The notes below the pieces were generated by a model. That model saw only the letters and a program-made list of their open reading frames with translations. It did not search any database and was not told the origin of the DNA. This document shows positions 54,473 through 64,000 of a DNA stretch of 64,000 nucleotides, one piece after another; the stretch's first letter is position 1, and every line of letters begins with the position of its first letter. The DNA comes from a virus (Duplodnaviria > Caudoviricetes). The stretch is taken from positions 17,295-81,294 of the IMG/VR virus record IMGVR_UViG_3300031994_000065. One strand, given 5' to 3'. The position numbers were made by a program, and so were the translations under genes.

Positions 54473-56848
54473 TTAATACGGATTGTTGTTATCGTTTTCT
54501 CCATTTGTAGCAAGTTTAGCTTGCTTCTTATCTTGACCAATTTTGGTAATGAAATTATCTGCGACTTTCTGCAAATCATCCCAATCATACATTCCAGGGA
54601 GAATTACATTAGCAATCAGATAATTAGTCATTTTATCTTTGACTTCATCCGTGTATTTCTCGGTATTTTCTCCACAGATTATCTTGACCATAAAAGCTGC
54701 GGCTTGTTCCGCATTACTATACACATCTGCATCGTTCTGAATTGCGAGAGATTTAGGTCTGTTGAATCTGTAAGTGATTGCCATCAGTTCATCTTCGGTA
54801 ACTTCAGGATGTTCAAAGTGAATTAATGCGCGATAGAATGCTGTGCAAGGATTACTAAGTTCGCGCTGAACTGAGCAAATCTTGCTGGCATATTTGATGT
54901 GACCCATATCAATAGAACGTGCAAAGTCTGCAGAGTCATTATATTCCAAAATAACTGCGGGGACATCGGTTCCATTTATCATGTTTTTGCGTAAGAATTC
55001 GATGAAATCTGTGTTTAAATCGATTTGTTGCCCAGATACAATATCTATTTCAAGTGGGCGTTCTCCAGATTTACCTGTGGCTACAAACATGTCTTTCGCA
55101 TGACCTGCTTTGCTCATAAGAGTATTAACAGATGCAACATCATTAAACGAAATTTGATTTTCTTTGTATTCTCGTGCTGCTCTCTGAACTTGAGCTTGAA
55201 CATCTCGGTCTATACCCGACTGTTTCACATAAAATACACGAGTATCATTTGAACGAGTTACTGTGCTGACAACTTTGAATATGAGCGTAGTCATATAGAG
55301 TTTCGCATAGAATAAAGAACGTCTAAGCATCGATACCCCGAGATGAGTTTCAACATCTTCGTTTACTTTGAAATGGGTCATGTATTCTGCTGAGACGAAT
55401 TGAACTTTGAAGTCTCTACGGTACAGGTCTTCATACATTAACGCATTTACCATAAGTTCTCGGAACTTCGGATTATTCTTGACGTACTTATTATCAATTT
55501 TCTGTATAATGCGCATTGCAATAACATCTACGATAGAAGTTGCAGCGTCTTTATTCCGCACATGTTGGAAAACCAAACTCGTTCTGTTAAGTTGGTTATT
55601 CTGAAGCATATTATTGCGTATTGTGCCATATGTTTCATACAGCAAGTAATACCCGATACATTCATCAAGAATGTATACAGGAACAGTTCGCAATGGAGAC
55701 ATGAGTTTCATATAGATTCCTGAAACATCTTTGTATTCAGGCAACACAGCGTCATCCTGACTTATATCTGCAGTATTAACAACGCTATCAGGAGTACCGA
55801 TGTCCTTCATATCTCGGAATGTTTGTTCTTTTTTCTCTTTCGATTCTTTGCGTTTATGCGCCGCCAACATCTTCAAGATATTTGGGTCGCTTAATGATGA
55901 GATTTCCACATCTTCCATCAGAGGCATTCCACCATCGTTTATTACTTCGATATTAGCATATTTATCGAGAAGATATTGTTTAATGTTCGCTCTGGTTATC
56001 TGTCGTCTATCTTGCTGATTAGTTAATGGAATTGCTGCGTCGAATGCTTCGTATATTATATCAACATCTTTGTCAATTCCCTCTACTTCAATTCTTTGAG
56101 TTGGTTTCCCGTTTACTGTAGTCTCTTTAACTACCGCAAGTCTACTGATTGATTCGTAAGTTGCACCAGTGTAACTTTCTTTATACAACATCGGATTCGA
56201 TTTTCTCATCAACTCAAATTTTGAAAAGATTCGATTGTATGGTTGATGAAATACGAAGAAATCTCCATAAGTTAACACATTTGGAATGATTGTATCGTGC
56301 ATTTTTGCATCAAGATTATATTGTTGCTCCATATCTCGAATTATTTCATTTAACTCTTCACGTCGGTCTTCAGAAATTCCTTCTATAGCAATAGTTTTAG
56401 AAACATCGGCAAGTATACCATCAGATGCAGTAACGTTGTCTCTCAATGTAGTAACCGCCGTAGCTAATTCACACAACTGTTCCGTTACCATTCGCAAGTC
56501 TTCGTATTTGTTATTGATATTCTTGTATCTTTCGTAGAAGAATGTGCTGAATGTAGTGGCATCTTCGTTGATGATTTTCTCGAGATTAGTTTCGTTTCCG
56601 GATGGATCTTTTAAAGCATCATTTATGAACTTCGAAAAGTCTGGTCCGGAGAACGAAGTCATTTCGTCATACTGCTGGTTAATTACTTTATTCAACTTCT
56701 GGCGTTTTGCATCAAGTTCAGTTGAATTAGTTTGTGAGTAACCAACAGTGGATCTTGAAATGTCGGAGAAATAGTCAGCAAACCGTTGACTGATTGTCTT
56801 AAGTTCTTGAGCGTCAGATTCACTCATTCCACCACTCGGTTTAGCCAC
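54473..56848 (-). CDS. Portal protein
   Basis: About 791 aa; LTYGDFFV, RVFYVK, GTDVPAVIL patterns of gp20-like portals; GTG 56848 after AAAGGAGG; late promoter at 56872-56883. Confidence 0.75.
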   Translation of the reverse strand: MAKPSGGMSESDAQELKTISQRFADYFSDISRSTVGYSQTNSTELDAKRQKLNKVINQQYDEMTSFSGPDFSKFINDALKDPSGNETNLEKIINEDATTFSTFFYERYKNINNKYEDLRMVTEQLCELATAVTTLRDNVTASDGILADVSKTIAIEGISEDRREELNEIIRDMEQQYNLDAKMHDTIIPNVLTYGDFFVFHQPYNRIFSKFELMRKSNPMLYKESYTGATYESISRLAVVKETTVNGKPTQRIEVEGIDKDVDIIYEAFDAAIPLTNQQDRRQITRANIKQYLLDKYANIEVINDGGMPLMEDVEISSLSDPNILKMLAAHKRKESKEKKEQTFRDMKDIGTPDSVVNTADISQDDAVLPEYKDVSGIYMKLMSPLRTVPVYILDECIGYYLLYETYGTIRNNMLQNNQLNRTSLVFQHVRNKDAATSIVDVIAMRIIQKIDNKYVKNNPKFRELMVNALMYEDLYRRDFKVQFVSAEYMTHFKVNEDVETHLGVSMLRRSLFYAKLYMTTLIFKVVSTVTRSNDTRVFYVKQSGIDRDVQAQVQRAAREYKENQISFNDVASVNTLMSKAGHAKDMFVATGKSGERPLEIDIVSGQQIDLNTDFIEFLRKNMINGTDVPAVILEYNDSADFARSIDMGHIKYASKICSVQRELSNPCTAFYRALIHFEHPEVTEDELMAITYRFNRPKSLAIQNDADVYSNAEQAAAFMVKIICGENTEKYTDEVKDKMTNYLIANVILPGMYDWDDLQKVADNFITKIGQDKKQAKLATNGENDNNNPY

Positions 56849-57029
56849 AATTAGCCCTCCTTTACTGGTTTTAGTAAACTGTCTCAAGCGTAGAAAAGCG
56901 GTTACAAGAGGCAGGTATCGTCAATCCTGCCTCTAATGCGTTTTGTTTACTAAAAGATGTCGCAGGTTTTCGTCTTATGCTTAATGTCTTATATGACGAT
57001 ATTACAACGCATTATCACTTTGTATTGTA

Positions 57030-57725
57030 TCACATTCGCAAAAATCTTCTTTTCAAGAAATGAGATTCGTTCCCCTGATATGTTTCAAACACGACATCGA
57101 ACCAGATTCCATCGGAAGAATAATGATTCGTATATGCTCGAAGATTCTTGAATTTCTTTAACAACGGGAACTCGCTAATTGTGAGATACATTTGATAAGA
57201 TTCGTCATCGAAAAAACACGGCTTTATCAGCTGATAATCTATGAGTTGTTCTATTTGAGAATCGCTGAATTCGTACCGTTCAAGTCCGTCATCTTTCAAT
57301 ACTGTCAATACATCGGAAGACGCTATAGACATCATCTTTTTCGCCGATACTATATCGGATTCATTTGCAACTCGTCCGATATCCTTGGGCTCTTCATCGA
57401 TACTTTTAACCCTGACGATATTATCTTCGATGACAATTTCATCGTAATGCTTCAAATCTCTGCTCGCTTCGAATGTTGATTGTGAAGACATGATAGTGTT
57501 TTTAAGTTCGGGAAATGTGTTAAGGATTGCAGTTTTATAATAGCCGTGGATGTATTTTATCTTGACTTTCTTATCCGCATCAGATACCGGAATACCGACT
57601 ATGTGACCGGTATCCAATATAAACCATTGTTTGTAAATCAACTTCAACCCCTGATTCAATTCCATAAACTGCTTGACTTTTCGTTTTCTTTCACGATATT
57701 CGTTGGAAGAAGCCATATACATCAC
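57030..57725 (-). CDS. Hypothetical protein cotranscribed with PolB
   Basis: 231 aa, overlaps the PolB stop. Confidence 0.7.
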   Translation of the reverse strand: MMYMASSNEYRERKRKVKQFMELNQGLKLIYKQWFILDTGHIVGIPVSDADKKVKIKYIHGYYKTAILNTFPELKNTIMSSQSTFEASRDLKHYDEIVIEDNIVRVKSIDEEPKDIGRVANESDIVSAKKMMSIASSDVLTVLKDDGLERYEFSDSQIEQLIDYQLIKPCFFDDESYQMYLTISEFPLLKKFKNLRAYTNHYSSDGIWFDVVFETYQGNESHFLKRRFLRM

Positions 57726-59527
57726 TCCATTCCAATTACAGCTTCTTCGAAATCACTATATTGATTATCGATTTTGATATGTTTTGAACATGGATGTATT
57801 TCGTCAAGTTCATCTAACATTTCTTCTACACTCGGAAGATTATGCCAGTTCATACCCATACGGATAACGTCTTTTGTGAGATAGTTCTCAAGGTATTCTT
57901 TTCCACATTCGAATTTGAGATTAGGATCCTCCTCGTAGACATCTCTCGCGTTACCGTTGTAATGTTTGTTATCTATAAGGAGTTTACCAACCATTGTTTT
58001 GGCGCTGATGTTGAATGAGATTATTGTGTTCGGATAGAGCGCCGCAAAGTCCATGTCTATCACGTACTTGAACACATACTTGCTCGGATTACCGAAAAGA
58101 ACTTCACCGACATTTTCGTTCAATTCGGGATTTCCGACAACCGCACCATCAAACTTTTCGTCGTCATCATCATCTTCACCGTACGGTTTAGAATAATCCA
58201 TATTACAATTATTCCCAGCCACAAAACCTTGATTGATACACTCAATATAGAATCGATTCTTCAAGAATTTCGTCTGTGAGAAAATCTCTTTGTAAGATGA
58301 ACCATTAACCGTTGCTCTCGATAATACATCGTCCATATCTTCGGTTTTATTCTCGATTCCATATAACAAAAGAACGTCTTTGATGGAATAGAGAATGAAT
58401 TTGCGGTAATCTGTATACGGAAGAAATTTATCATAACTCCCGCTATATTCAAATTTTCCGCTTCCTATTTCGGTTCTGGCAATGTAATCGAGTTTAGACG
58501 AACGAAGTTGCGCACGATTCTTTCTGAGCTTACCGTAATTCAACATCGCATCCGTCCAAACTATCTTGGAAGTCACGTCGAAAAAGTCTTTCTTGAGAAC
58601 TGGTTTGCCGGTGTTTTTATCTTCCCAATAGTTAAGCTTTTCCAACTTGAATTCCGGGTCACAAAATAACTCATGAGCATCTCCTCCGAGTTGATAAGTT
58701 CTGGCTATAAGATTCTGAACATCATATCCCATATTCCAGATTCCGAGCATATCCGGGTCAATCATTCGAAGAACTTCAAAGAGCTTATACAACATCTTCA
58801 GTTCATCATCGAACATATAAATCTGATATCCAAATCCCGGAAATTCTTCATCGTAAGTTTCGTGACAGAGTTTGTAGAAGTTATCGATGTCGTCTTCGAA
58901 TTCTTGTATTAACGGATTTGGTCTGGCGGCATTGCGTAAACAGAAAGTGTGAACCTTCTTATTGTAGCCATCACAAACACTTACCGCGTTAACTGGGGCT
59001 CTACCTTTTTCGGGCATTCCGATGTAATCGACAACATCGTTCTCGATATCCAGAAACGCTTTTTTCAAAACGACTTTTGTCTCCGGATGATAGTAATGAA
59101 TCGTCCACCAGCAACGATAAAAATCGCATATATCCAAGTCGGCTCCGAAACTATACGGATAATGAAACAGGTTATTCATCGTTCTGAAGTTTCGTTGTTG
59201 AATACACTGATTGCGAAATTCTTTCCACTTACCACCAGCTTCTTCCGCGATGACTTTTAAAACATCTCTGTACGGCACCGTTTTTGAGTAAAGTTTATCT
59301 TTCTCTATGGCAGTAAGATTGTTAGTAAAATCTCTGTATTCTGGTTTGACGAAGAAGATTTCGACTTTTGGGTTTGGAATATTATGAACGAATTTCAAAC
59401 CCGTGCGAACGTTTTTAAACAACAACATCGCATAGTCGGTATCGTCTTCATCTCCTGCTCTAGGTTTAACGTATTTGACATCGAGAAGAATTATATCTCT
59501 CGTGTCTAAGTCTCCTAAAAATTTCAT
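57722..59527 (-). CDS. polB: Family B DNA polymerase, N-terminal half (3'-5' exonuclease plus motif A)
   Basis: ExoI FLDIEND, ExoII WNMGYD, ExoIII YSIKDV, motif A DMDFAALYP; motifs B and C absent. Confidence 0.88.
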   Translation of the reverse strand: MKFLGDLDTRDIILLDVKYVKPRAGDEDDTDYAMLLFKNVRTGLKFVHNIPNPKVEIFFVKPEYRDFTNNLTAIEKDKLYSKTVPYRDVLKVIAEEAGGKWKEFRNQCIQQRNFRTMNNLFHYPYSFGADLDICDFYRCWWTIHYYHPETKVVLKKAFLDIENDVVDYIGMPEKGRAPVNAVSVCDGYNKKVHTFCLRNAARPNPLIQEFEDDIDNFYKLCHETYDEEFPGFGYQIYMFDDELKMLYKLFEVLRMIDPDMLGIWNMGYDVQNLIARTYQLGGDAHELFCDPEFKLEKLNYWEDKNTGKPVLKKDFFDVTSKIVWTDAMLNYGKLRKNRAQLRSSKLDYIARTEIGSGKFEYSGSYDKFLPYTDYRKFILYSIKDVLLLYGIENKTEDMDDVLSRATVNGSSYKEIFSQTKFLKNRFYIECINQGFVAGNNCNMDYSKPYGEDDDDDEKFDGAVVGNPELNENVGEVLFGNPSKYVFKYVIDMDFAALYPNTIISFNISAKTMVGKLLIDNKHYNGNARDVYEEDPNLKFECGKEYLENYLTKDVIRMGMNWHNLPSVEEMLDELDEIHPCSKHIKIDNQYSDFEEAVIGME

Positions 59528-59639
59528 TTATCTCAACTCCTGACTGTATTCAGATTAAATAGTTGTGTCTGGGTGGGTTGTTCTTTAATTCCGTAGATAA
59601 TTGACACCAGTTTAATATGTCTAAAGGAGGCGATAAACG

Positions 59640-60827
59640 ATGAATATAGATGCTGAACTTGAAGAATTGAAAAAGTCTAAAGATAATCCGTTCGGTTCAG
59701 TTGAAGAACCTGAAGAAGATTTAAGTCTTGGACTTTCTAAACGGGTTAAAGACGAAAAGAAAAAGAAGAAAAAGAAGAAAGCGGTCGCTGATGAACTTGA
59801 TGATTTACTTGGCGGAATAGATTCTTTTTCTTCTACTGCAAGTGTCGATGCTGAAATCGAAGGCATTATGGAAATGGCTAAAGACATAAAGAAAGCTTTG
59901 AAGAAGAAAGATGGGAAGATGGAATTTGACCCAGACAAATTTATGAATGGTGAAGGTAAAGGACGCAAGAAACACAAAGATTTGGTCAAGAAATACTCGG
60001 CAATGTTCAAGACCGAAGAAGCGTTGATGTTAGCTTTGCTTAAAGAGTCCGACAATGATACTCGAGTGATTCGTGAAGCTTTTATGTCATTAGCTAAAAA
60101 TGGATCTGTTCGTGGTGTTATGGGTAAAACTGCTACAGATTTTGCTTCAGCATTAGTATCGGCTAGCTCTCATAGGTTGGCTATCATAAAACAACTTGCT
60201 GACCTTAAGAAGATCGCTAATGATTTGGCGTTTAAAGAGGAATCTAAACGTAAAGATTCTGACGAAAACGGACTTGACCAAGAATCTCTCGGTGCAATGG
60301 CTCTTCGCAGTTTGTTTGGTCAAAGTACTCGCGAATTCTCTAATGTGTTACAAAGTTCCACAGCAATTAGTGAAGAAGAATTTAATCGACTTGAAGAAAA
60401 CGCAAAACGTGAGATTCCGGTTGAATCATATACAGAAGATTTCGATACAGGTCCGGTTATTGACAAAGATGGCAATACTCGTCAGATCGATTCACAAGAA
60501 CGAATGTCTGTTGATTTTGACCCAGATATGGAAGAACACTTGAGTAGTTTATCTGAGCAATATAAAGACGATCCAATATATGGAAGGTCAAGTGCCGGAG
60601 ATAGTTTAATCAGAAACGAATCTCGTGGTGTCAAGATAAAAGTGAGACGCTGGTCTGATGAATCTACAGGGAAATACGAATTTGAATTTGTTGCGGTCGA
60701 TAAAGATGACATTGAAGTTCCGGATTACGAAGTTCCTGATAAAACCAGAATTAAGATGACTTGGAATGACGAAACTGGAGTTGCTAAAGATAATCGTGGA
60801 CGAATCTATGAGATTATCGATTATTAA
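59640..60827 (+). CDS. Hypothetical protein (Lys-rich N-terminus, helical core)
   Basis: 395 aa; late promoter at 59603-59614; SD AAAGGAGG. Confidence 0.75.
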   Translation: MNIDAELEELKKSKDNPFGSVEEPEEDLSLGLSKRVKDEKKKKKKKKAVADELDDLLGGIDSFSSTASVDAEIEGIMEMAKDIKKALKKKDGKMEFDPDKFMNGEGKGRKKHKDLVKKYSAMFKTEEALMLALLKESDNDTRVIREAFMSLAKNGSVRGVMGKTATDFASALVSASSHRLAIIKQLADLKKIANDLAFKEESKRKDSDENGLDQESLGAMALRSLFGQSTREFSNVLQSSTAISEEEFNRLEENAKREIPVESYTEDFDTGPVIDKDGNTRQIDSQERMSVDFDPDMEEHLSSLSEQYKDDPIYGRSSAGDSLIRNESRGVKIKVRRWSDESTGKYEFEFVAVDKDDIEVPDYEVPDKTRIKMTWNDETGVAKDNRGRIYEIIDY

Positions 60828-60836
60828 GCGGATTAA

Positions 60837-60861
60837 GGGAGCACTAATTATTAGTGCTCCC
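60837..60861. terminator. Bidirectional hairpin
   Basis: GGGAGCACTAA/TTAGTGCTCCC. Confidence 0.7.
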
Positions 60862-60872
60862 ACGATACGCGT

Positions 60873-61136
60873 TTACAACGGCAATTCTACATTTACAACC
60901 GGATGACAGTCGATTTGATACGTGAATCCATTTTCGGTATGAGATTTTCTGTCTGCCATGAAAGCCCAGTGACCTTCAGCATCTTTATTCAATACTTTAT
61001 TCTTGTAATCGCTGTAGGTACGGAATATCTCACCACGTTCAATATCCTCGAATTTCTTAAGAAGCCACACACCATCAACGTACACCTCTGCTTTGACCAA
61101 TGCTTCTCTGAATGAAGTCTTAGCCATAAAACTCAC
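60873..61136 (-). CDS. Small hypothetical protein
   Basis: 87 aa, SD GAGGTG. Confidence 0.65.
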   Translation of the reverse strand: MSFMAKTSFREALVKAEVYVDGVWLLKKFEDIERGEIFRTYSDYKNKVLNKDAEGHWAFMADRKSHTENGFTYQIDCHPVVNVELPL

Positions 61137-61137
61137 C

Positions 61138-63759
61138 TCAATTTATTCTATTGATATTCTTATATGAATCAAGCTGATTATCTTGCTCGATAGTTACGAA
61201 TACGTCTACCGGATAATTCTCGAACAGTGGATTGTGCGTTATCATAAACAATTGTTCGCAATTCATTGCTTGCATTCGTTTTTCCAACATTCTCAAGAGG
61301 TGAGCTTTGATGTCGATGTCGAGTGGTCCGTCTACTTCGTCCAACAGAAGTATGTTATAGCCGTCCGTTCCGATGAACTCTTCGATTAACGCAAATGATA
61401 ATGCCATTGAGATTACTGAAGTTTCTCCCTGTGACGCTTGAATTGCATCTGATATGACGATTCCGTTTTTCGTATATGGAATGCGGAATTCTTTATCGTC
61501 TATTATAATGCGTTCAAGTTGAATTGCATCACCGCAGACCTCGGATATGATTCGATTAGCAATATTTCTGGCTCTTCCAAAATGAGCATTAAGATAGAGC
61601 AACGGAATTCCTCGATTACTGGAGACCGCATTCTTCACTAACTCAACCTCATTATACTTGGCAGTTAATGCTTCTTTTTGCTCTCTAAGCTGAATATATT
61701 CCATTAACTTGACTTTTGTTTGGAAATGTAACTGCTCAAGTTCTTTAATCTGCGCTTTCATCTGTTCGATGTTTCGGTTAGTCGAAACCACGTAAGTATC
61801 AAATTCGTTAAGTAGTGTAATCTTCGAATCTAATACTTTCAGCTCGTTATCGACTTCTTTCAAAGATTTGGAATATTCTTCTTTTCGGCGCAATAATTCA
61901 AAGAAATGTTTCGCGTCATCGATAATCTCTTCGCAAATCTCTATATCTTTCTTCAGATGTTTCTTTTTCTTGTGAAGATCGTTAAGAGTTTTTTCCATAT
62001 TAGAGATTTGGATAATGAGTTCATTTCGCCTATCGATAACAGATTTATCCGCTGATTCTTTTCGCTGCTGAATAATTTCGAGCTGAGACTCATACTTCTG
62101 AATTCTTTCTCGAGTTTCTTTCCATTCTTCGAACTTTTCAAGGAACGTAACCATTTGACCGACTTCGTCGAAGTCGAAAAATTTCATCGAACCTTCCATT
62201 GTATCGAGTATCACATTTGCAAATTCGACGTTATACGGAAAGATTTTTCGCCTGGCATCTAACACCGATTTGATATGCGACATGGCGTCACAAACTTTAA
62301 GAGCTTCATTTCCAACATCAATATCTTTTTTAATGTCGTGGATTGAACGAAACTCTTTTTCTCTGAGAGCATTGAAAAACGGACAGATTTCAGTTTGATT
62401 ACATCCGATAGGGGGAATCATTTTGACTTCGGAATGTGCTTTATCTATACTGCATAAACTAAGCTCCGTTTTCAACTTAATCAGTTTCGCAACACAATAA
62501 TCTCTCGGGTTCTTTTTCTTTTGATACCCCTTGAAATACATTTCTCTTGCAGAAGAAGAAAGTTCTCTAACAGAAAGAATCATATCACGGATGGTTTGCA
62601 TCAACGCAATATCTTCCAGAATATCATCTCTTGTACATTTCGGATTGAAGTTCTCGTAGTATTTCTTATACTGGTTATCGAACTTGAGAGCCTCTTTTAA
62701 TTCTGCTCGAATACTGGTTTCGTCATCGATTTCTTGAATAGAACGAACTTGATTGTCTAAATCGGTTAACGAATTTTGATTTGTTTCAAGCGATTGTGAG
62801 ATTACTTCTATCTTTCCGATAATTCGAGCGAGTTCACGTTCGTTTTCGTTTTTCTCTGAATTCAACTCATCGATATAAGATTGCTGATCATCCACAATAA
62901 CGAACACACTCCGAATGTTTTCAATTTCTCTCGACATATTCATCAATTCAGAGATAATTCCTGAGCGTGTTTGGTTCAAGTTGATTATGAGTTCTCTCAA
63001 TGATTCGACACTTGAATTCACTTGGGTTTCAATTTTTCCCTTAGCAGTATACAAATTTCGGTTGGCTTCTTCGACATCTTGCTTCAACTTCTCGAGACGT
63101 TGTTCGATATTCCAGAGTTCTTCTTTGTAACGAGTTTCAGCAGATTCATCTCCAAACTTCTTCAGTTTATCCACAATGATTGCTAGCTCGGAATTACACT
63201 CTCTCGAAGACGCAACTGCGTTCTTATAGTCACGAATATATTCATCAATCTCGCTAAGAAGTTTAACCGCGAATTCTTTTCGGTTTGTATGACCTAATCT
63301 GACGAGATTATTCACATTTGAACCAAGACGCAATATTTTCAAAAATCCGATGTCGATTCCGAATTCAATCTCTACCAACTCGTTAAAGCTAGTAACTAAT
63401 CCAGATGTATTCATCTCGATTCCATTCTTCTCTATATAAGAGCGAATCTGTCTTCCACTTTTTTTGGCAATGTAATAATGACGAATGACGTATACATCTC
63501 CGTTTGACTTAAGGTAATGGATTTCTTTCTCACCATCTTTACCGGAGATAATCATATCTTCACCGTGTCGCAAATCCACATTTCCCATATATGCAAATGG
63601 TTGCAGTTGACTGAGAATATAAGTTTTGCACGAGCCGATTGGACCGATAAACAGCAGTATCGGATTAACCATTTTAGAGAAATCGATTTCCAGACGTTTT
63701 GTGTGTAAAGTTACATCTATTGCCGCAAAGTTCTTGAGTTTGAGATATGTGATTTTCAT
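61138..63759 (-). CDS. sbcC-like: SbcC/Rad50-like SMC ATPase
   Basis: Walker A GPIGSCKT, Q-loop, Zn-hook-like CNQTEICPF, signature SQGE, Walker B LLLDEVDG. Confidence 0.9.
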   Translation of the reverse strand: MKITYLKLKNFAAIDVTLHTKRLEIDFSKMVNPILLFIGPIGSCKTYILSQLQPFAYMGNVDLRHGEDMIISGKDGEKEIHYLKSNGDVYVIRHYYIAKKSGRQIRSYIEKNGIEMNTSGLVTSFNELVEIEFGIDIGFLKILRLGSNVNNLVRLGHTNRKEFAVKLLSEIDEYIRDYKNAVASSRECNSELAIIVDKLKKFGDESAETRYKEELWNIEQRLEKLKQDVEEANRNLYTAKGKIETQVNSSVESLRELIINLNQTRSGIISELMNMSREIENIRSVFVIVDDQQSYIDELNSEKNENERELARIIGKIEVISQSLETNQNSLTDLDNQVRSIQEIDDETSIRAELKEALKFDNQYKKYYENFNPKCTRDDILEDIALMQTIRDMILSVRELSSSAREMYFKGYQKKKNPRDYCVAKLIKLKTELSLCSIDKAHSEVKMIPPIGCNQTEICPFFNALREKEFRSIHDIKKDIDVGNEALKVCDAMSHIKSVLDARRKIFPYNVEFANVILDTMEGSMKFFDFDEVGQMVTFLEKFEEWKETRERIQKYESQLEIIQQRKESADKSVIDRRNELIIQISNMEKTLNDLHKKKKHLKKDIEICEEIIDDAKHFFELLRRKEEYSKSLKEVDNELKVLDSKITLLNEFDTYVVSTNRNIEQMKAQIKELEQLHFQTKVKLMEYIQLREQKEALTAKYNEVELVKNAVSSNRGIPLLYLNAHFGRARNIANRIISEVCGDAIQLERIIIDDKEFRIPYTKNGIVISDAIQASQGETSVISMALSFALIEEFIGTDGYNILLLDEVDGPLDIDIKAHLLRMLEKRMQAMNCEQLFMITHNPLFENYPVDVFVTIEQDNQLDSYKNINRIN

Positions 63760-63889
63760 ATCCTCACTCCTTTCTTAGTTTAAAGTGTCTGCTGGTAGAA
63801 AAAACAAAGTGGTGTATAAATGTTATAAAAAAATCCGAGCGCTATTGTGCGTTCGGTCGCAACCATATAGGTTGCTAAATTGGTTTGTC

Positions 63890-64000
63890 TTACCAGGCGA
63901 CGTGTTTGACGTAGACGCCACCATCTTGATCGATGCGCGCCATAATTGTCACGTCGTGAACTGTGCCGATTGCGAAGACTTTGTACACGCCGGGGACGCG
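63890..64000 (-). CDS. 3' end of a hypothetical gene entering from outside the window
   Basis: Open frame RVPGVYKVFAIG...KHVAW*, followed by hairpins and a T-run. Confidence 0.55.
   Translation of the reverse strand, partial: RVPGVYKVFAIGTVHDVTIMARIDQDGGVYVKHVAW

Noticed and set aside
1-64000. Alternative genetic code, DGR/reverse transcriptase, introns/inteins, tRNA genes, chimallin/tubulin
   Set aside because: Core genes read full length in the standard code, and no RT motif, intein ends, tRNA cloverleaf or tubulin motif was recognised. Absence applies only to this window.

Overview
A 64-kb slice of an AT-rich jumbo myophage genome of the phiKZ/AR9(PBS1)-related group; standard genetic code, densely coding. 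The host is probably an anaerobic Firmicute, possibly Negativicutes (inferred from the amidase and NrdD types). Core genes: paralogous head proteins, prohead protease, major capsid, terminase, portal, sheath, tube, baseplate, two split RNAP beta-prime pieces, a gp68/gp226-like sigma-like subunit, chaperonin, primase, SSB-like protein, split PolB, SbcC, 5'-3' exonuclease and NrdD. No tRNA, rRNA, CRISPR array or reverse transcriptase was seen. Two promoter classes are visible: early TATATATTAT (9 exact copies) and late VACA-N6-TA (20 sites). The most unusual signal lies in the 7-22 kb accessory region. A five-copy expression cassette (promoter, conserved pseudoknot-like 5' leader ending CCUACGAUCC, SD-occluding hairpin) drives five unrelated orphan genes. 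It comes with matched 3' structures and clear duplication and cargo-swap scars. The window also holds two candidate structured ncRNAs (about 16.86-17.03 kb and 34.65-34.81 kb), a micro-peptide transcription unit, an NrdD lacking its glycyl-radical motif and a Tad2-like gene. All homology calls come from motif recognition, not database searches.
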